Positions 20,111 through 30,592 are shown, counted from the first letter of the stretch. The stretch: DNA of 64,000 nucleotides from a virus (IMGVR_UViG_3300029543_000174:50821-114820), one strand, 5' to 3'. The notes: a model not told the origin generated them from the sequence alone. Numbers and translations: made by a program.

Positions 20111-20792
20111 TAATACTAAAGAATATTGTATTTTTCCGGAAATTAACAATAATTTAGAATTAAAACAAACCTTTAAGGAAATAAAGAAGAACAAAAGACA
20201 AGATTTTTTTTCTGAATTAAAAGAGACATTTAATTCAAAAAAGTTTAAATACATAGTTGTTAATATTATATTGGCAATTATTATAGTTCTTTGTAGCTAT
20301 GCTCGTTTTAATTTTATTGCTCCAATTGATTATGATTCTTTTCCACCTGATAAAAGAATTACACTAAAAATTGCTGTTGGGTTTGTATGTGTTCTTTTTG
20401 TATCATTAGCAGCACTTGTATTGAGATTGGTCGAAGGCAAAATTCAAGATTTAGTAATAGAAAAAAAGTTAAGTAAAATGTCATATAAGAAAATGCAATA
20501 TATACCTTTAACCAAATCTGAATTTATCAAATTAGAAATTCATAACATTACTGATTATGTAACTTTTTTAAATGATTTTTTGAAAGCAAAAATAGAATAT
20601 TTTGATATAAATGTTTTTTCAACTGCTTATAGAGCTGTAACTGCAACACCGCCACAAATGATTTTAGACAAAATCAATGAATCATTGATATATCTTGCAG
20701 AACTACCTGAAAGCGGACAACAAATTGGATTTAATGATGTTAATAAATTCATTGTTAAGAAAGGAGAAAATTATGGAACATTACACGACTAA
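20100..20792 (+). CDS. membrane protein
   Basis: AAAGGAG RBS. Three TM segments. Confidence 0.45.
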   Translation: MKVNNTKEYCIFPEINNNLELKQTFKEIKKNKRQDFFSELKETFNSKKFKYIVVNIILAIIIVLCSYARFNFIAPIDYDSFPPDKRITLKIAVGFVCVLFVSLAALVLRLVEGKIQDLVIEKKLSKMSYKKMQYIPLTKSEFIKLEIHNITDYVTFLNDFLKAKIEYFDINVFSTAYRAVTATPPQMILDKINESLIYLAELPESGQQIGFNDVNKFIVKKGENYGTLHD

Positions 20793-21021
20793 AATTAATA
20801 AGATTAAAGTAAAAAATATACCAAGACTATGTACAATATTAAGAGGCTGTGACCAATTTGTAATTTCGTCCGGTAATTATAGATTGGAAACAGCATCGTT
20901 GCTTATGATGATGTCACTTATCGGTCTTAGAAACGGTTTTAATCTTGATATTTATAATTATGATACTGAACGACAAAAGTTCATTATAAGGGAAATTGAG
21001 GCTCTTAAGAAAATCCTCTAA
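20773..21021 (+). CDS. small hypothetical protein
   Basis: ATG with a GGAGAA RBS. In frame with the listed 20695 ORF. Confidence 0.35.
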   Translation: MEHYTTKINKIKVKNIPRLCTILRGCDQFVISSGNYRLETASLLMMMSLIGLRNGFNLDIYNYDTERQKFIIREIEALKKIL

Positions 21022-21285
21022 CGGCCTTGACAGTTTTAATATATTGCGCTACACTAAGTGTATAGTAATTATTATTTATGATTTAATTTTATATATTTTA
21101 AATTCAAGGAATGTACTTTTTGAGAAAAGTGTGTTCCTTTTTTTTATTATAAATTTAATAAAAGTAAATTTTGAGCAGATACTTTTGGGTATTTGCTTTT
21201 TGTTTTTTCATAATAAAAAATAACAGACATATTAAATTTATGCTCAGTTTGTTATTTTGTTGTGAGCACAACAGGAGGTAGAATT

Positions 21286-21606
21286 ATGAAGAACGTTATT
21301 ACAAAAAATGAGATGCAGTCTATTCAAAATCTTATTTATGCTGTTACAAAAGCTTGTGCAATTGATATTCGTAAATATCGTATTTTTGTTGATAAACATG
21401 GTACGGAATTTATGGATAAGAAAATGCAAAAGGAGTTTGAAAAGTATTTGGAAAATTTTGAAGAATCGAAAGATTGGTTACTTGCTTCTGATATTGGTGT
21501 TGCAATTTTTGATAAACTTATGAATGAGAGCATTCAGGAAGCTAAGAAAAATTTGCATAACATGTATACATCAAAATCAGAAGAATACATTGAGGATGTT
21601 GCATAA
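21286..21606 (+). CDS. hypothetical protein
   Basis: ATG with an AGGAGG RBS. The listed 21262 start is less likely. Confidence 0.45.
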   Translation: MKNVITKNEMQSIQNLIYAVTKACAIDIRKYRIFVDKHGTEFMDKKMQKEFEKYLENFEESKDWLLASDIGVAIFDKLMNESIQEAKKNLHNMYTSKSEEYIEDVA

Positions 21607-21619
21607 TTTAATCAAACTA

Positions 21620-21649
21620 AAAAGAGCCACCGGAAGGGTGGCTTTTTTT
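21620..21649 (+). terminator. rho-independent terminator GAGCCACCGGAAGGGTGGCTTTTTTT
   Basis: Hairpin followed by a T-run. Confidence 0.7.
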
Positions 21650-21678
21650 ATGCCTTGATTTACTCTTTTGTAAACAAT

Positions 21679-21735
21679 TTGCGAAAATTGAGAAAATTTT
21701 CAAATTTTTTTGAAATATTTGCGATTTATATAGTG
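21679..21735 (+). promoter_or_regulatory. copy of recurrent promoter-like motif
   Basis: TTGCGA-N17-AAATTTTTTTTGAAATATTTGCGATTTATATAGTG. Confidence 0.5.
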
Positions 21736-21757
21736 AAGACTGAAAAAGAGTGAACTA

Positions 21758-21788
21758 CCACACACCGTAAAGGAATGTGGTTTTACGG
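21758..21788 (+). repeat. conserved box CCACACACCGTAAAGGAATGTGGTTTTACGG (copy 2)
   Basis: Identical to 18819..18849. Confidence 0.6.
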
Positions 21789-21834
21789 ATAGTTATTTAT
21801 AAATAACTTTTTTGTAATTTTAGGAGGATTTTTT

Positions 21835-23313
21835 ATGAGAACAAGAGGAAAATTAAATTTACACAAAATAATTCAAGATAACTTGAATTTATATATCAAA
21901 AAAATTAACGAAAAATACATATATCCTATTGATTATGCTTCGCCATGTACTATTTTGTTTGACTTAATTATGGATGTTATAAGAAAGGATAAAGATAATT
22001 TCTTGTTTTATAATTCATCACATAGTCTCAACGGAAAATTTACCAGTTTTGAATTTATATATTTTAATAATAATTATGATATTGTAAAACAATTTGCAAA
22101 AACTTATGAAAAAATATATAAAACAGGCAAAAATCCGGGCGATGTGGAATTGGAAATAAGGAATATGCGATTTGAAATAACAATTTCAGATTATATTGCA
22201 ATAACTGTGCAACCTTATCGATGGGTTAAATTGTATTGGGATAGAGCCTTTAAAAAACTTGAAATATCCACAACCACAAAAATTGGTAATAAACAATTAA
22301 TGTTAATATACAATGACGGAAGTATATATTCTCAAAAGAAATATTCAAAACAGTTTTATCCGTCTTCAATACATAAAGTTTTAGATCTTCCACACGAAAT
22401 TGCAGAATTAATATTTCAATTTTGCACATATAAAAATTATTTTTACAAAGATTTTTTGAATGAAAATTATCAATCAACTTTGGCACTAAATAATTTACAA
22501 AAATACCACAGTAAAAGTGAATACATGAATGATGTATTTCCTATCGCTAATTTTCCAAACAAAAGTAACAAACTTGAATTTTCGAATTTGTATATGATAG
22601 GTAGTGCGGCTAAATATGTTTTACCGGAGCAAATATCATTATTATTTGAAGATGCATTTTTGTGTGACGATTATGATCATAAAATTATGCCGGTCAGAAT
22701 TAATCGAGAATGTTGTGCTGAAGAATATTTAAAAGCAATATTTAGAAAGAGGTTTCACGATAAAGGCGATATAGACTGGTATAATTCATACTATTATATA
22801 ATTGATGATTATATAGATATGGCGATAGAACTTGGCGAAAAAATCAATTTAAAGGAAAGAAAAAGAAATATTCTTCAACTTCACGATTATTATTGTGATA
22901 AGATAACTGCCAAAAAAGTAGCTCAAGGCAGAAAAAAATTACAAATTCCTGAAACACCATTAAAGTATTTAGAACTGCCTGATAACTATAAAAAGCTTGA
23001 AAGATATAATGAATTTGTATCAGAAGGCAAAAAACAACACAATTGTGTTGCAAGCTATATAAGCGATGTGGAAGATGGCGAATGCATGATTTTTAGTGCA
23101 ACTGTGAATGATGAACGATTAACAATCGAAATCCGTGAAACAAAGACATCGTTTAAAATTAATCAGTGTTTAAAATCTTGTAATGAAAGATGCTTATCTG
23201 AAACATTTAAAATCGTAAAAACAGATGTAAAAAATGCGACAGAAAACGCCTACAAAAAATATAATGCCGTTCAAAAAAGAAGAAGAAACAAAGAATTAAA
23301 GGCAAAATTATAG
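21835..23313 (+). CDS. hypothetical protein (492 aa)
   Basis: TAGGAGG RBS. No confident domain. A PcfJ-like relationship was considered but is not supported. Confidence 0.5.
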   Translation: MRTRGKLNLHKIIQDNLNLYIKKINEKYIYPIDYASPCTILFDLIMDVIRKDKDNFLFYNSSHSLNGKFTSFEFIYFNNNYDIVKQFAKTYEKIYKTGKNPGDVELEIRNMRFEITISDYIAITVQPYRWVKLYWDRAFKKLEISTTTKIGNKQLMLIYNDGSIYSQKKYSKQFYPSSIHKVLDLPHEIAELIFQFCTYKNYFYKDFLNENYQSTLALNNLQKYHSKSEYMNDVFPIANFPNKSNKLEFSNLYMIGSAAKYVLPEQISLLFEDAFLCDDYDHKIMPVRINRECCAEEYLKAIFRKRFHDKGDIDWYNSYYYIIDDYIDMAIELGEKINLKERKRNILQLHDYYCDKITAKKVAQGRKKLQIPETPLKYLELPDNYKKLERYNEFVSEGKKQHNCVASYISDVEDGECMIFSATVNDERLTIEIRETKTSFKINQCLKSCNERCLSETFKIVKTDVKNATENAYKKYNAVQKRRRNKELKAKL

Positions 23314-23326
23314 AAAGGACTAACTT

Positions 23327-23815
23327 ATGGAAGAATTCAAGGTAGAATTAGAAAATTTAACTGATAAAGAAAAGAAAACTTTTCTTCACTTGGTTAAAAA
23401 AAGTAAAAAAAGTCGCAGAAAACATATGAACGAAATATATTACAGTATTGCTGAAGATGGAAATATTGTCGGCAGTGTTGAAAACGATACGCTTTACGAT
23501 GAAAACTGTTGGAAATTTGGAAATTATTATAACACCAAAGAAGAAGCTGAATTTGTAAAGCAAAAGCAATTAGTATATCAAGAACTGAAAAAATATGCCT
23601 TAGAACATAATACTAAGGATATTGATTGGGAAAATTATTTACAAATCAAATATTTTATTTATTGTAATACAAAGTCTAACGACCTTGGCATTATGGATGT
23701 ATCTAAAAGGAAAATAGCAGGGCAGGTATATTTTACCTCTGAAAAGATTGCAGAAAATGCAATTAAAGATATTGGTGAAGATAGAATTAAGAAGTATTTA
23801 TTTGAAATTAATTAA
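23327..23815 (+). CDS. hypothetical protein
   Basis: ORF. Confidence 0.45.
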   Translation: MEEFKVELENLTDKEKKTFLHLVKKSKKSRRKHMNEIYYSIAEDGNIVGSVENDTLYDENCWKFGNYYNTKEEAEFVKQKQLVYQELKKYALEHNTKDIDWENYLQIKYFIYCNTKSNDLGIMDVSKRKIAGQVYFTSEKIAENAIKDIGEDRIKKYLFEIN

Positions 23816-23830
23816 AAGGAGATAACTACA

Positions 23831-24262
23831 ATGCCTATTAAAAACTATACAACAAAAATTGATTGTTACCAGTCAATTGGAGAAATACAGGGTGCTCTTG
23901 CAAAACACGGTGCAAGACAGATTATGATTGATTATGATGAAAACGGTAAGCCTACCGGAATTGCATTTAAGCTTGTAAACGGTAATCAGTCGCAAGCATT
24001 TATTTTGCCGGCAAATATAGACGGTGTGCTTGAAACATTTAAAAAACAAAGAATTAAAGTTGACAGAGAACAGGCTGAAAAAACAGCTTGGCGCAATGTA
24101 AGAGATTGGATTCTTGCACAAATGGCATTTATTGAATCGGGTAATGTAGAAGTTGACGAAATATTCTTACCTTATCTGACTGACGGTAAAAAAACGCTGT
24201 ATCAAGCATATAAAACAGGACAACTACTATTAAGTGACGGAGGAAATACTTATAGTGCTTGA
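23831..24262 (+). CDS. hypothetical protein
   Basis: AAAGGAGA RBS. Confidence 0.45.
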   Translation: MPIKNYTTKIDCYQSIGEIQGALAKHGARQIMIDYDENGKPTGIAFKLVNGNQSQAFILPANIDGVLETFKKQRIKVDREQAEKTAWRNVRDWILAQMAFIESGNVEVDEIFLPYLTDGKKTLYQAYKTGQLLLSDGGNTYSA

Positions 24263-25136
24263 ATTTAACAAAATTTATGATATGGAAGGCACAGAAGGGC
24301 TATATGCACTTGAACCTCATTCGGTTGACCTGATTGTTGCCGACCTGCCTTACGGAGTCACAAAGAACAAATACGATATACCTATTCCTTTTCACAAAAT
24401 GTGGGAAGCAATTGATTATGCACGAAAACCAAATACAGCTATTCTTCTGTTCGGGCAAGGTAAGTTTTATATTAATTTATGTGCAAGTAATATTGATATG
24501 TTTCGATATGACTATTGCTGGAACAAAATACTTACATCAGGTTTTCTTAATGCATCGAGTATGCCATTACGACAGCATGAAAATATTGCTGTATTTTACG
24601 AACAAAGACCTACATACAATCCGCAATTTACAATAGGTCAACCTTTACATTCAAGAGGTAATTATACTCAAGACAAAGTTAATTCAAACTATTCTGATTT
24701 TAAGCTTAATGATAACAGAAAAGGATGTATGGAAAAATATCCTACTGATATATTAAGCTTTCCGATTGCTGATGAAGATGTCGAATTTTATGTTGACGGC
24801 TTGGATTATGAAAATCAAATATTCTATATTAATGACTTTATAGAATTTCAAAAAGTCCATCCAAGCAAAGCTATTCATCAAACAGAAAAGCCGGCAGGAC
24901 TTATGGATTTTCTTATTCGTACATATTCTAATCCCGGTGATTTAGTAGTTGACTTTACTTGCGGTTCTGCATCTACAAATTTAGCTGCAATAAGAAACAA
25001 AAGAAAAACAATTGGATTTGATTTCGGTAAATGTTTAAATCCAAAAAGTAAATATTATTTACAAAAATGGGCTGACATCGGAAATCAAAGAATTAAAGAG
25101 TTGATGGATATGCCTGAACAGATTACGTTTGTATAA
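24234..25136 (+). CDS. beta-class N6-adenine/N4-cytosine DNA methyltransferase (orphan)
   Basis: DLIVADLPYG (motif IV, DPPY-like) lies before VVDFTCGSASTNLAA (motif I), giving the beta-class order. An alternative GTG start at 24255 has a better GGAGG RBS. Confidence 0.75.
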   Translation: MTEEILIVLEFNKIYDMEGTEGLYALEPHSVDLIVADLPYGVTKNKYDIPIPFHKMWEAIDYARKPNTAILLFGQGKFYINLCASNIDMFRYDYCWNKILTSGFLNASSMPLRQHENIAVFYEQRPTYNPQFTIGQPLHSRGNYTQDKVNSNYSDFKLNDNRKGCMEKYPTDILSFPIADEDVEFYVDGLDYENQIFYINDFIEFQKVHPSKAIHQTEKPAGLMDFLIRTYSNPGDLVVDFTCGSASTNLAAIRNKRKTIGFDFGKCLNPKSKYYLQKWADIGNQRIKELMDMPEQITFV

Positions 25137-25146
25137 GGGAGAGATT

Positions 25147-25434
25147 ATGATAACAAATTATAACAACAAAGTAGCAAATTACATTATTATACCAAATAAT
25201 TTTAAAGAAATTTTAATAGAAAAATTCAAATCGTTAAATATTGAGAGCACCGTTTTAAGTTCAAACGGTATCTATCTCAACAAAGGTCAAACAATGTTTT
25301 TGTCTGTGACTAATTTTACCAAGTCGGATGAAATTAAATCAATTCTTACAGAATTTGAAATTGATAATAATGATAAGTTGAAACAACATATTATTTTCTT
25401 TACCGTACCGGTACTTGATTTTAATGTATTTTAA
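25147..25434 (+). CDS. small hypothetical protein
   Basis: ATG with an AAGGGAGAG RBS. Confidence 0.4.
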   Translation: MITNYNNKVANYIIIPNNFKEILIEKFKSLNIESTVLSSNGIYLNKGQTMFLSVTNFTKSDEIKSILTEFEIDNNDKLKQHIIFFTVPVLDFNVF

Positions 25435-25443
25435 TAAGGTGGC

Positions 25444-25842
25444 GTGACAATATTGACTTTTGAACACATGACTGCTGAGGAATATCAAAAAGAAATACTT
25501 GGCAAATGTAATAATAAAAGTGCTAAATATAAAAACAAATGTATTTGGTATGATGGCTTATATTTTCAATCGCAGAAAGAACTTGATGATTATTTGGACC
25601 ACAAAAGAATGCTTATGGCAGGTGAAATCGCAGGCTTTTTATGGCAGGGAACACTTGTACTTGTTGAAGGTGGAAGTACCTCAAAAGAACGTGCGGTGAC
25701 TTATAAACCTGATGTTGTAACACTGTTTAATGATGGTACATACGAAATGAGAGAAGATAAAGGAAAGAAAACAAAGGACTATATCATCAAAAAGAAATTA
25801 ATATTAAAAAAATATCCAAGAATTAATTTTAAGGAGGTTTAA
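25444..25842 (+). CDS. DUF1064-like phage protein
   Basis: The pattern YFQSQKE...GEI..F..Q....L...G....VTYKPD.....DGT....E.KG..T....IKKKL....YP matches the DUF1064 signature recalled from memory. Confidence 0.4.
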   Translation: MTILTFEHMTAEEYQKEILGKCNNKSAKYKNKCIWYDGLYFQSQKELDDYLDHKRMLMAGEIAGFLWQGTLVLVEGGSTSKERAVTYKPDVVTLFNDGTYEMREDKGKKTKDYIIKKKLILKKYPRINFKEV

Positions 25843-25845
25843 AAA

Positions 25846-26094
25846 GTGTCTGAATTATTTGTAGGATTGTTTATGATTGGTTTAATTTTATTTGGAGCTG
25901 TTATGTTTGTATTGTTTGTTTTGTTTGGACCTACAAAAAAAGGAATAATATGTTTTGCCGTAATGATGTTTTCTTTAATTAGTTTTATTGCTTTTGTTAT
26001 GTTTGTTGCAAAAATATCAATTATCGTGACCTTGCTTGTTAATGCATTCTTAATAGCAATTGTTTTAATAGGCTGTTATATGATGAGCTATTAG
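25846..26094 (+). CDS. small membrane protein (3 TM)
   Basis: GTG start with an AAGGAGG RBS. Strongly hydrophobic. Confidence 0.45.
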   Translation: MSELFVGLFMIGLILFGAVMFVLFVLFGPTKKGIICFAVMMFSLISFIAFVMFVAKISIIVTLLVNAFLIAIVLIGCYMMSY

Positions 26095-26142
26095 TGTAAA
26101 AATTATTATTTTAATTATAATTAAAAAAGGAGGAAATAGTTA

Positions 26143-28119
26143 ATGTTTATAGAACATGAAAATGTAATTGATGTTTTAAAATATTCTATGAAAAGGTTGC
26201 CAAAAGAAGCAGACGATGATGATATTATAAGTTTCTTTCCTAAAAAATATATTGATTATACGAAATTTCGATATGCAAAACCTGAATGTGTGAATAAAGA
26301 AGTTTGCTTAAAATTGCATCTTAAAGATTTTGATATTGGTAGAGCCTCTACCTATGTTCAATATTCTTTGGGTCGTTGTGTTGATGAATTTACAAAAAGA
26401 AGAGTAAATGTTATGTGGTTCGATCAAGAAGATATAATAGATTTTCTTCGTAATAGATGCGGAAAAACAATATATGTATGTGGAACTTTGAACTATAGTG
26501 AAGAATATAACATTTATTCTATAACAAATCCTAATATAACAACTGAATATGAAAATACGGCTTTGACTATTTTTCCGGCGTATGTCGGAGTACCAAGCAC
26601 GGACTATTTCAATTACAAAGATTACAGAAAAAATTTAAGAGAAATTCTTGATGTTTATTATTTTGATGAATGGATTCCTGAGTACATAAGAAAAGAATGT
26701 AACCTTATGACTTTGGAAGAAGCATATAAGGAAATTCATTTTCCTACAACTTTTAGAAGATTAAAAAGAGCACTTTCAACAGTAGACTTCAATAAAATGT
26801 TGAAGTATTCTATTAATCTTGCAAAACAAAAAGATAGAAATTGTACAACTACAGCATTTATTCCTAAAAATTTAAAAATTGTAAGTGAAATTGCTGAAAA
26901 ACTGCCGTATGAATTAACTAACGACCAAAAGCAAACGATTAATTCTATTCTTTCAAATATGAAAACCGGTAATTGTGAAACAGCATTGGTCCAAGGTGAT
27001 GTCGGTTCAGGCAAAACTATTGTAGCTGTTATGCTTATGGCAACAATGGCAAAATCAGGCTATCAATCTGTTTTAGTTGCTCCTACTACTGTATTAGCAG
27101 AACAACATTATAAAAACATAAAAGAATTATGTGAACCATTTGGAATTAAAACCGTTTTCTTAACATCAAGCATTAAAGCTACTGAAAAAAGAAAAATTAC
27201 GAAAGAAATCAATGAAGGCAAATACGATATTATAGTTGGAACTCATTCAGTTCTTAATGATGATATTGAATATAACAATTTGGCTTTAATTGTAACGGAT
27301 GAAGAACATAAATTTGGCGTAGCTCAAAGAGAAAAGTTGAGAAATAAATCAACAGAAAATGTTCATTCAATTTCTATGACTGCCACACCTATCCCAAGAA
27401 CCCTTGCAACAACACTTTACGGTGATTGGATAAATGTATATACGATAAAAGAAAAGCCTAAAGGAAGATCTCCTGTAAAAACAATAATTGATAATGATTA
27501 TGAAAGTAGCTTTGAATTTTTAAACGAGGAAATAAAAAAAGGTCATCAATGTTATGTCGTTGCTCCTAAAATTGAAAAGGATACCAAAAGAAAAAGCAGC
27601 GTTCTTTCCGTAAAACAATTAACAGAAAAACTTGAAGATTTTTTTGATGAAGTAAATCCTTCTGTTAAGATTCAAAGTTTAACCGGAAAAACAAGTGCTG
27701 AAAGCAAATCAAATATTTTGAATGATTTTTCAGATAATAAAATTCAAATTTTGGTTTCAACAACTGTTATTGAGGTTGGCGTTAATATTCCTAATGCAAC
27801 TGTAATTGCTATTTCAAATGCTGAAATGTTTGGCTTGGCTTCTTTACATCAGCTTAGAGGCAGGGTAGGCAGAAGCAACTTGCAGTCATATTGTTTGTTG
27901 ATTTCAGATAAAGGCAATAATGAGCGACTTAATGCTCTTGTTTCAACAAATGACGGCTTTGAAATTGCAAAGCAAGATTTCTATCAGCGTGGCTCAGGTG
28001 ATTTGGTAGGTGTTACGCAATCCGGTTTTACGGAAGAAATTGCAATTATGCTCAATCGACCAAAAATGTTTGAATTTGCACAAAGGTATGCTAAAAATTT
28101 AAAGCATTTGTCTGTTTAA
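26143..28119 (+). CDS. recG: RecG-like ATP-dependent DNA helicase
   Basis: Walker A GDVGSGKT, DEEH box (TDEEHKFGV), TATPIPRTL and QLRGRVGR. 658 aa. Confidence 0.8.
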   Translation: MFIEHENVIDVLKYSMKRLPKEADDDDIISFFPKKYIDYTKFRYAKPECVNKEVCLKLHLKDFDIGRASTYVQYSLGRCVDEFTKRRVNVMWFDQEDIIDFLRNRCGKTIYVCGTLNYSEEYNIYSITNPNITTEYENTALTIFPAYVGVPSTDYFNYKDYRKNLREILDVYYFDEWIPEYIRKECNLMTLEEAYKEIHFPTTFRRLKRALSTVDFNKMLKYSINLAKQKDRNCTTTAFIPKNLKIVSEIAEKLPYELTNDQKQTINSILSNMKTGNCETALVQGDVGSGKTIVAVMLMATMAKSGYQSVLVAPTTVLAEQHYKNIKELCEPFGIKTVFLTSSIKATEKRKITKEINEGKYDIIVGTHSVLNDDIEYNNLALIVTDEEHKFGVAQREKLRNKSTENVHSISMTATPIPRTLATTLYGDWINVYTIKEKPKGRSPVKTIIDNDYESSFEFLNEEIKKGHQCYVVAPKIEKDTKRKSSVLSVKQLTEKLEDFFDEVNPSVKIQSLTGKTSAESKSNILNDFSDNKIQILVSTTVIEVGVNIPNATVIAISNAEMFGLASLHQLRGRVGRSNLQSYCLLISDKGNNERLNALVSTNDGFEIAKQDFYQRGSGDLVGVTQSGFTEEIAIMLNRPKMFEFAQRYAKNLKHLSV

Positions 28120-28136
28120 TGAAAAGGAGAAAAATA

Positions 28137-28871
28137 ATGAAACCGATTTACGAACCTAAAGGTGCCGCAAAAGAATATGGCGATTATGCCATTAATATCT
28201 ACACAGGCTGTCCTCATAACTGTTTTTACTGCTTCGCACCAAATGTGTTGCATAAGAAAAAAGATGATTTTCACAGCCTTGTAGAACCTCGTAAAGACAT
28301 TGTGAACGAAGTAAAAAAGCAAATAGAAAGAGAAAAAATAACAGGTAAAACTATTCATTTATGCTTCACTTGTGACCCTTATCCACTTGGATATGATTCA
28401 ACACCAACAAGAGAAATTATTAAAATTATTAAAAATTCCGGCAATCATGTTCAAATTCTTACTAAAAACGGCAAGGATGCAATGAGAGATTTTGATTTGC
28501 TTGATAGTAATGATTGGTTTGGTGTAACCTACGCAGGTTATTCTGTTCAGGCAAATTTAGATGTTTCTCCTGATGAACCTAATGCCGGTAAGATTTCGGA
28601 TAGATTAACAGCTTTAAAAACAGCTTATTCAAAAGGTATTAAAACATGGGTATCTGCTGAACCGGTACTTAATGCAGAAAGTGTATTAAATTTATTTAAA
28701 AACGCCGATTATGTTGATTTGTTTAAAGTGGGTAAGCTTAATTATCATAAGTCTGATATTGATTGGAAATCTTTTGGTGAAAGTGCAGTTGAGTTATTGG
28801 AACTTAACAAGAAGTTATATGGTTCTGATTACTATATCAAAGATAGCTTAAGAAAAGAAATGGAAAAATAA
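28137..28871 (+). CDS. radical SAM protein, SplB/COG1533-like
   Basis: NIYTGCPHNCFYCFAP has the CxxxCxxC radical-SAM cysteine triad in the context typical of SplB-like proteins (ref. NPYxGCxHGCxYCYA). RBS AAAGGAG 7 nt upstream. Confidence 0.6.
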   Translation: MKPIYEPKGAAKEYGDYAINIYTGCPHNCFYCFAPNVLHKKKDDFHSLVEPRKDIVNEVKKQIEREKITGKTIHLCFTCDPYPLGYDSTPTREIIKIIKNSGNHVQILTKNGKDAMRDFDLLDSNDWFGVTYAGYSVQANLDVSPDEPNAGKISDRLTALKTAYSKGIKTWVSAEPVLNAESVLNLFKNADYVDLFKVGKLNYHKSDIDWKSFGESAVELLELNKKLYGSDYYIKDSLRKEMEK

Positions 28872-28874
28872 CTT

Positions 28875-29429
28875 ATGGAAACAGAACTTACAAAAACGCT
28901 GAAAAAATTAACACATTATTTTAAGCCTATAATGCATACTCAAATGAGAACTTTGAGATATGCTGACGAGGTTTGGACTCCTACCGGCATTGTTGATAGC
29001 ATTCGTTTTGAGGATATTCCAACTAAAGAATTAAACGATTGCAGAAAACTAAAACATAACGAGCCTTGTAAATTAGGACAAAAAGAAGTCGGCAAATATT
29101 GCAAAGGGTGTGTATTTTATCAACATGCCGTTTTAGAAACAGGTATTTGTGTTACTTGCTTTGAAGTAAAAATTACATTTGAAGATTTTAAAAGCCCACA
29201 CGGACATAATTTTTGTGGTAACAGAAATTATTATGTTGTACCTAAAGAATTAGCTACTAAAATAGTGGATTTAGTACCAGATGATATTGGTATTATTACA
29301 TATCATGGTCATAACTATATGAGGGTTTATAAGGAATGTAAATTTAAGGAAATTACTGAAGAATTAAAATGCCGATTGCTATATGACGGACTGAAAAAAT
29401 GGTGTGATGGAAGCCAAAGCATTAAGTGA
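28875..29429 (+). CDS. Cys-rich hypothetical protein
   Basis: ORF directly after the radical-SAM gene. Confidence 0.45.
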   Translation: METELTKTLKKLTHYFKPIMHTQMRTLRYADEVWTPTGIVDSIRFEDIPTKELNDCRKLKHNEPCKLGQKEVGKYCKGCVFYQHAVLETGICVTCFEVKITFEDFKSPHGHNFCGNRNYYVVPKELATKIVDLVPDDIGIITYHGHNYMRVYKECKFKEITEELKCRLLYDGLKKWCDGSQSIK

Positions 29430-29442
29430 GGAGTTAAGAATT

Positions 29443-29535
29443 ATGCCTTTAATTACGTCTATTGCAGTATGCTGTACTGGAATTATTCTGTTTACTGTAA
29501 CAGTATATGTAACTAAAATTTTATTAAATTTATAA
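29443..29535 (+). CDS. small hydrophobic peptide (30 aa)
   Basis: GAGGAG RBS. Sequence MPLITSIAVCCTGIILFTVTVYVTKILLNL. Confidence 0.3.
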   Translation: MPLITSIAVCCTGIILFTVTVYVTKILLNL

Positions 29536-29556
29536 ATAATTAAGGAGAAAATTAAT

Positions 29557-29748
29557 ATGACAAATACCAAAACAGTTTCACCAAGTGTAAAATCCGGCTA
29601 TTCAGATGATTATAAAAGAATTAGAAACGATGCTGAGTGCAATTGGCCAGAATGGAAAATTGCTGCATACAATGAAAGCTTTGCAGTTTCTATATATGCA
29701 AAAAAACTAACACCAATTAAAGAAATGTTGACGGTTGCGAAGGAATAA
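29557..29748 (+). CDS. small hypothetical protein
   Basis: AAGGAGAA RBS. Confidence 0.4.
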   Translation: MTNTKTVSPSVKSGYSDDYKRIRNDAECNWPEWKIAAYNESFAVSIYAKKLTPIKEMLTVAKE

Positions 29749-29900
29749 TAGTAAATACTCTTCTTGGCAGTAGTCATTCTAAAATGATGATATTCCTGCT
29801 GCACAGAATATTTACGTTGAACGGACTGATATTTATAAAGAAAGAAAAATTCCTTTTATCGGAACTGAAAAATTATACGATTGTTTGGAGGTATAAAAAT

Positions 29901-30530
29901 ATGAGTTATACTGAACTTTGGGGCATTAAAAAAGATTGGTACGGTGAAGAAATCAAATCATATCAAAACAGTTATATATTTGTGCCTGTTATTTGTGACA
30001 AACTACTTTGTGAATACATATCGGAAAGTGAAAGAAGAAAAATGATCGGCTTCGATTCGGAAGCTATTAATTCTTATTTGTTCTTTTGTTTTATCGGTAT
30101 TGGTAATTGGGAAAAGCTTAACAATAAGATTAATGATTCTGATTGTTTCACTAACCGTATTATGTGGGATTTATGTAATTCAGGTATTTTTTCTGCAAAA
30201 GACAAAGAAAAAGTGGCTGATTGTATTATCAAATTTTCTGAAAAATATTTTTCTGATGAAGAATATGCCATTACTGCCAAAAGACTTCAAGAAGTTGCAG
30301 AAGATATACAAAATCTTGACAAAAAATATAAATATTTTTGTATTCATGGAACTTCTTGTGATGATAATGTTGAGCGTTGGTTTTACGACTTGGAAGGAGA
30401 AGCAGCACCACTATCTGATTGCTGTGACCCCGAATGTTGTTTTGTGACAATTTCAGATAATAATGAAATTTCATATAAGAATTGTTCGGAAGTGACAAAA
30501 AGAATTAAATTAAGGTGCAAAAATATATGA
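29901..30530 (+). CDS. Cys-rich hypothetical protein
   Basis: ATG with a GGAGG RBS. The listed 29784 start is less likely. Confidence 0.4.
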   Translation: MSYTELWGIKKDWYGEEIKSYQNSYIFVPVICDKLLCEYISESERRKMIGFDSEAINSYLFFCFIGIGNWEKLNNKINDSDCFTNRIMWDLCNSGIFSAKDKEKVADCIIKFSEKYFSDEEYAITAKRLQEVAEDIQNLDKKYKYFCIHGTSCDDNVERWFYDLEGEAAPLSDCCDPECCFVTISDNNEISYKNCSEVTKRIKLRCKNI

Positions 30531-30559
30531 GAAAAAAGATAGAATGGAAAATAGATAAA

Positions 30560-30592
30560 AGGCAGCAGGTAAATATATCTGCTGCTTTTTTA
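30560..30592 (+). terminator. rho-independent terminator AGGCAGCAG-GTAAATATAT-CTGCTGCTTTTTTAT
   Basis: Hairpin followed by a T-run. Confidence 0.65.

Noticed and set aside
21835-23313. PcfJ-like annotation for the 492-aa protein.
   Set aside because: My recollection of the family signature is too vague to support it. It is left as hypothetical.
1036-30447. Same-strand internal ORFs (1036-1287, 1519-1728, 1738-2007, 5765-5968, 14945-15133, 19053-19244, 21308-21523, 24334-24636, 25499-25699, 30100-30447, 32368-32553, 45658-45951, 55280-55477, 56463-56657).
   Set aside because: They are out-of-frame overlaps within longer, better-supported genes.
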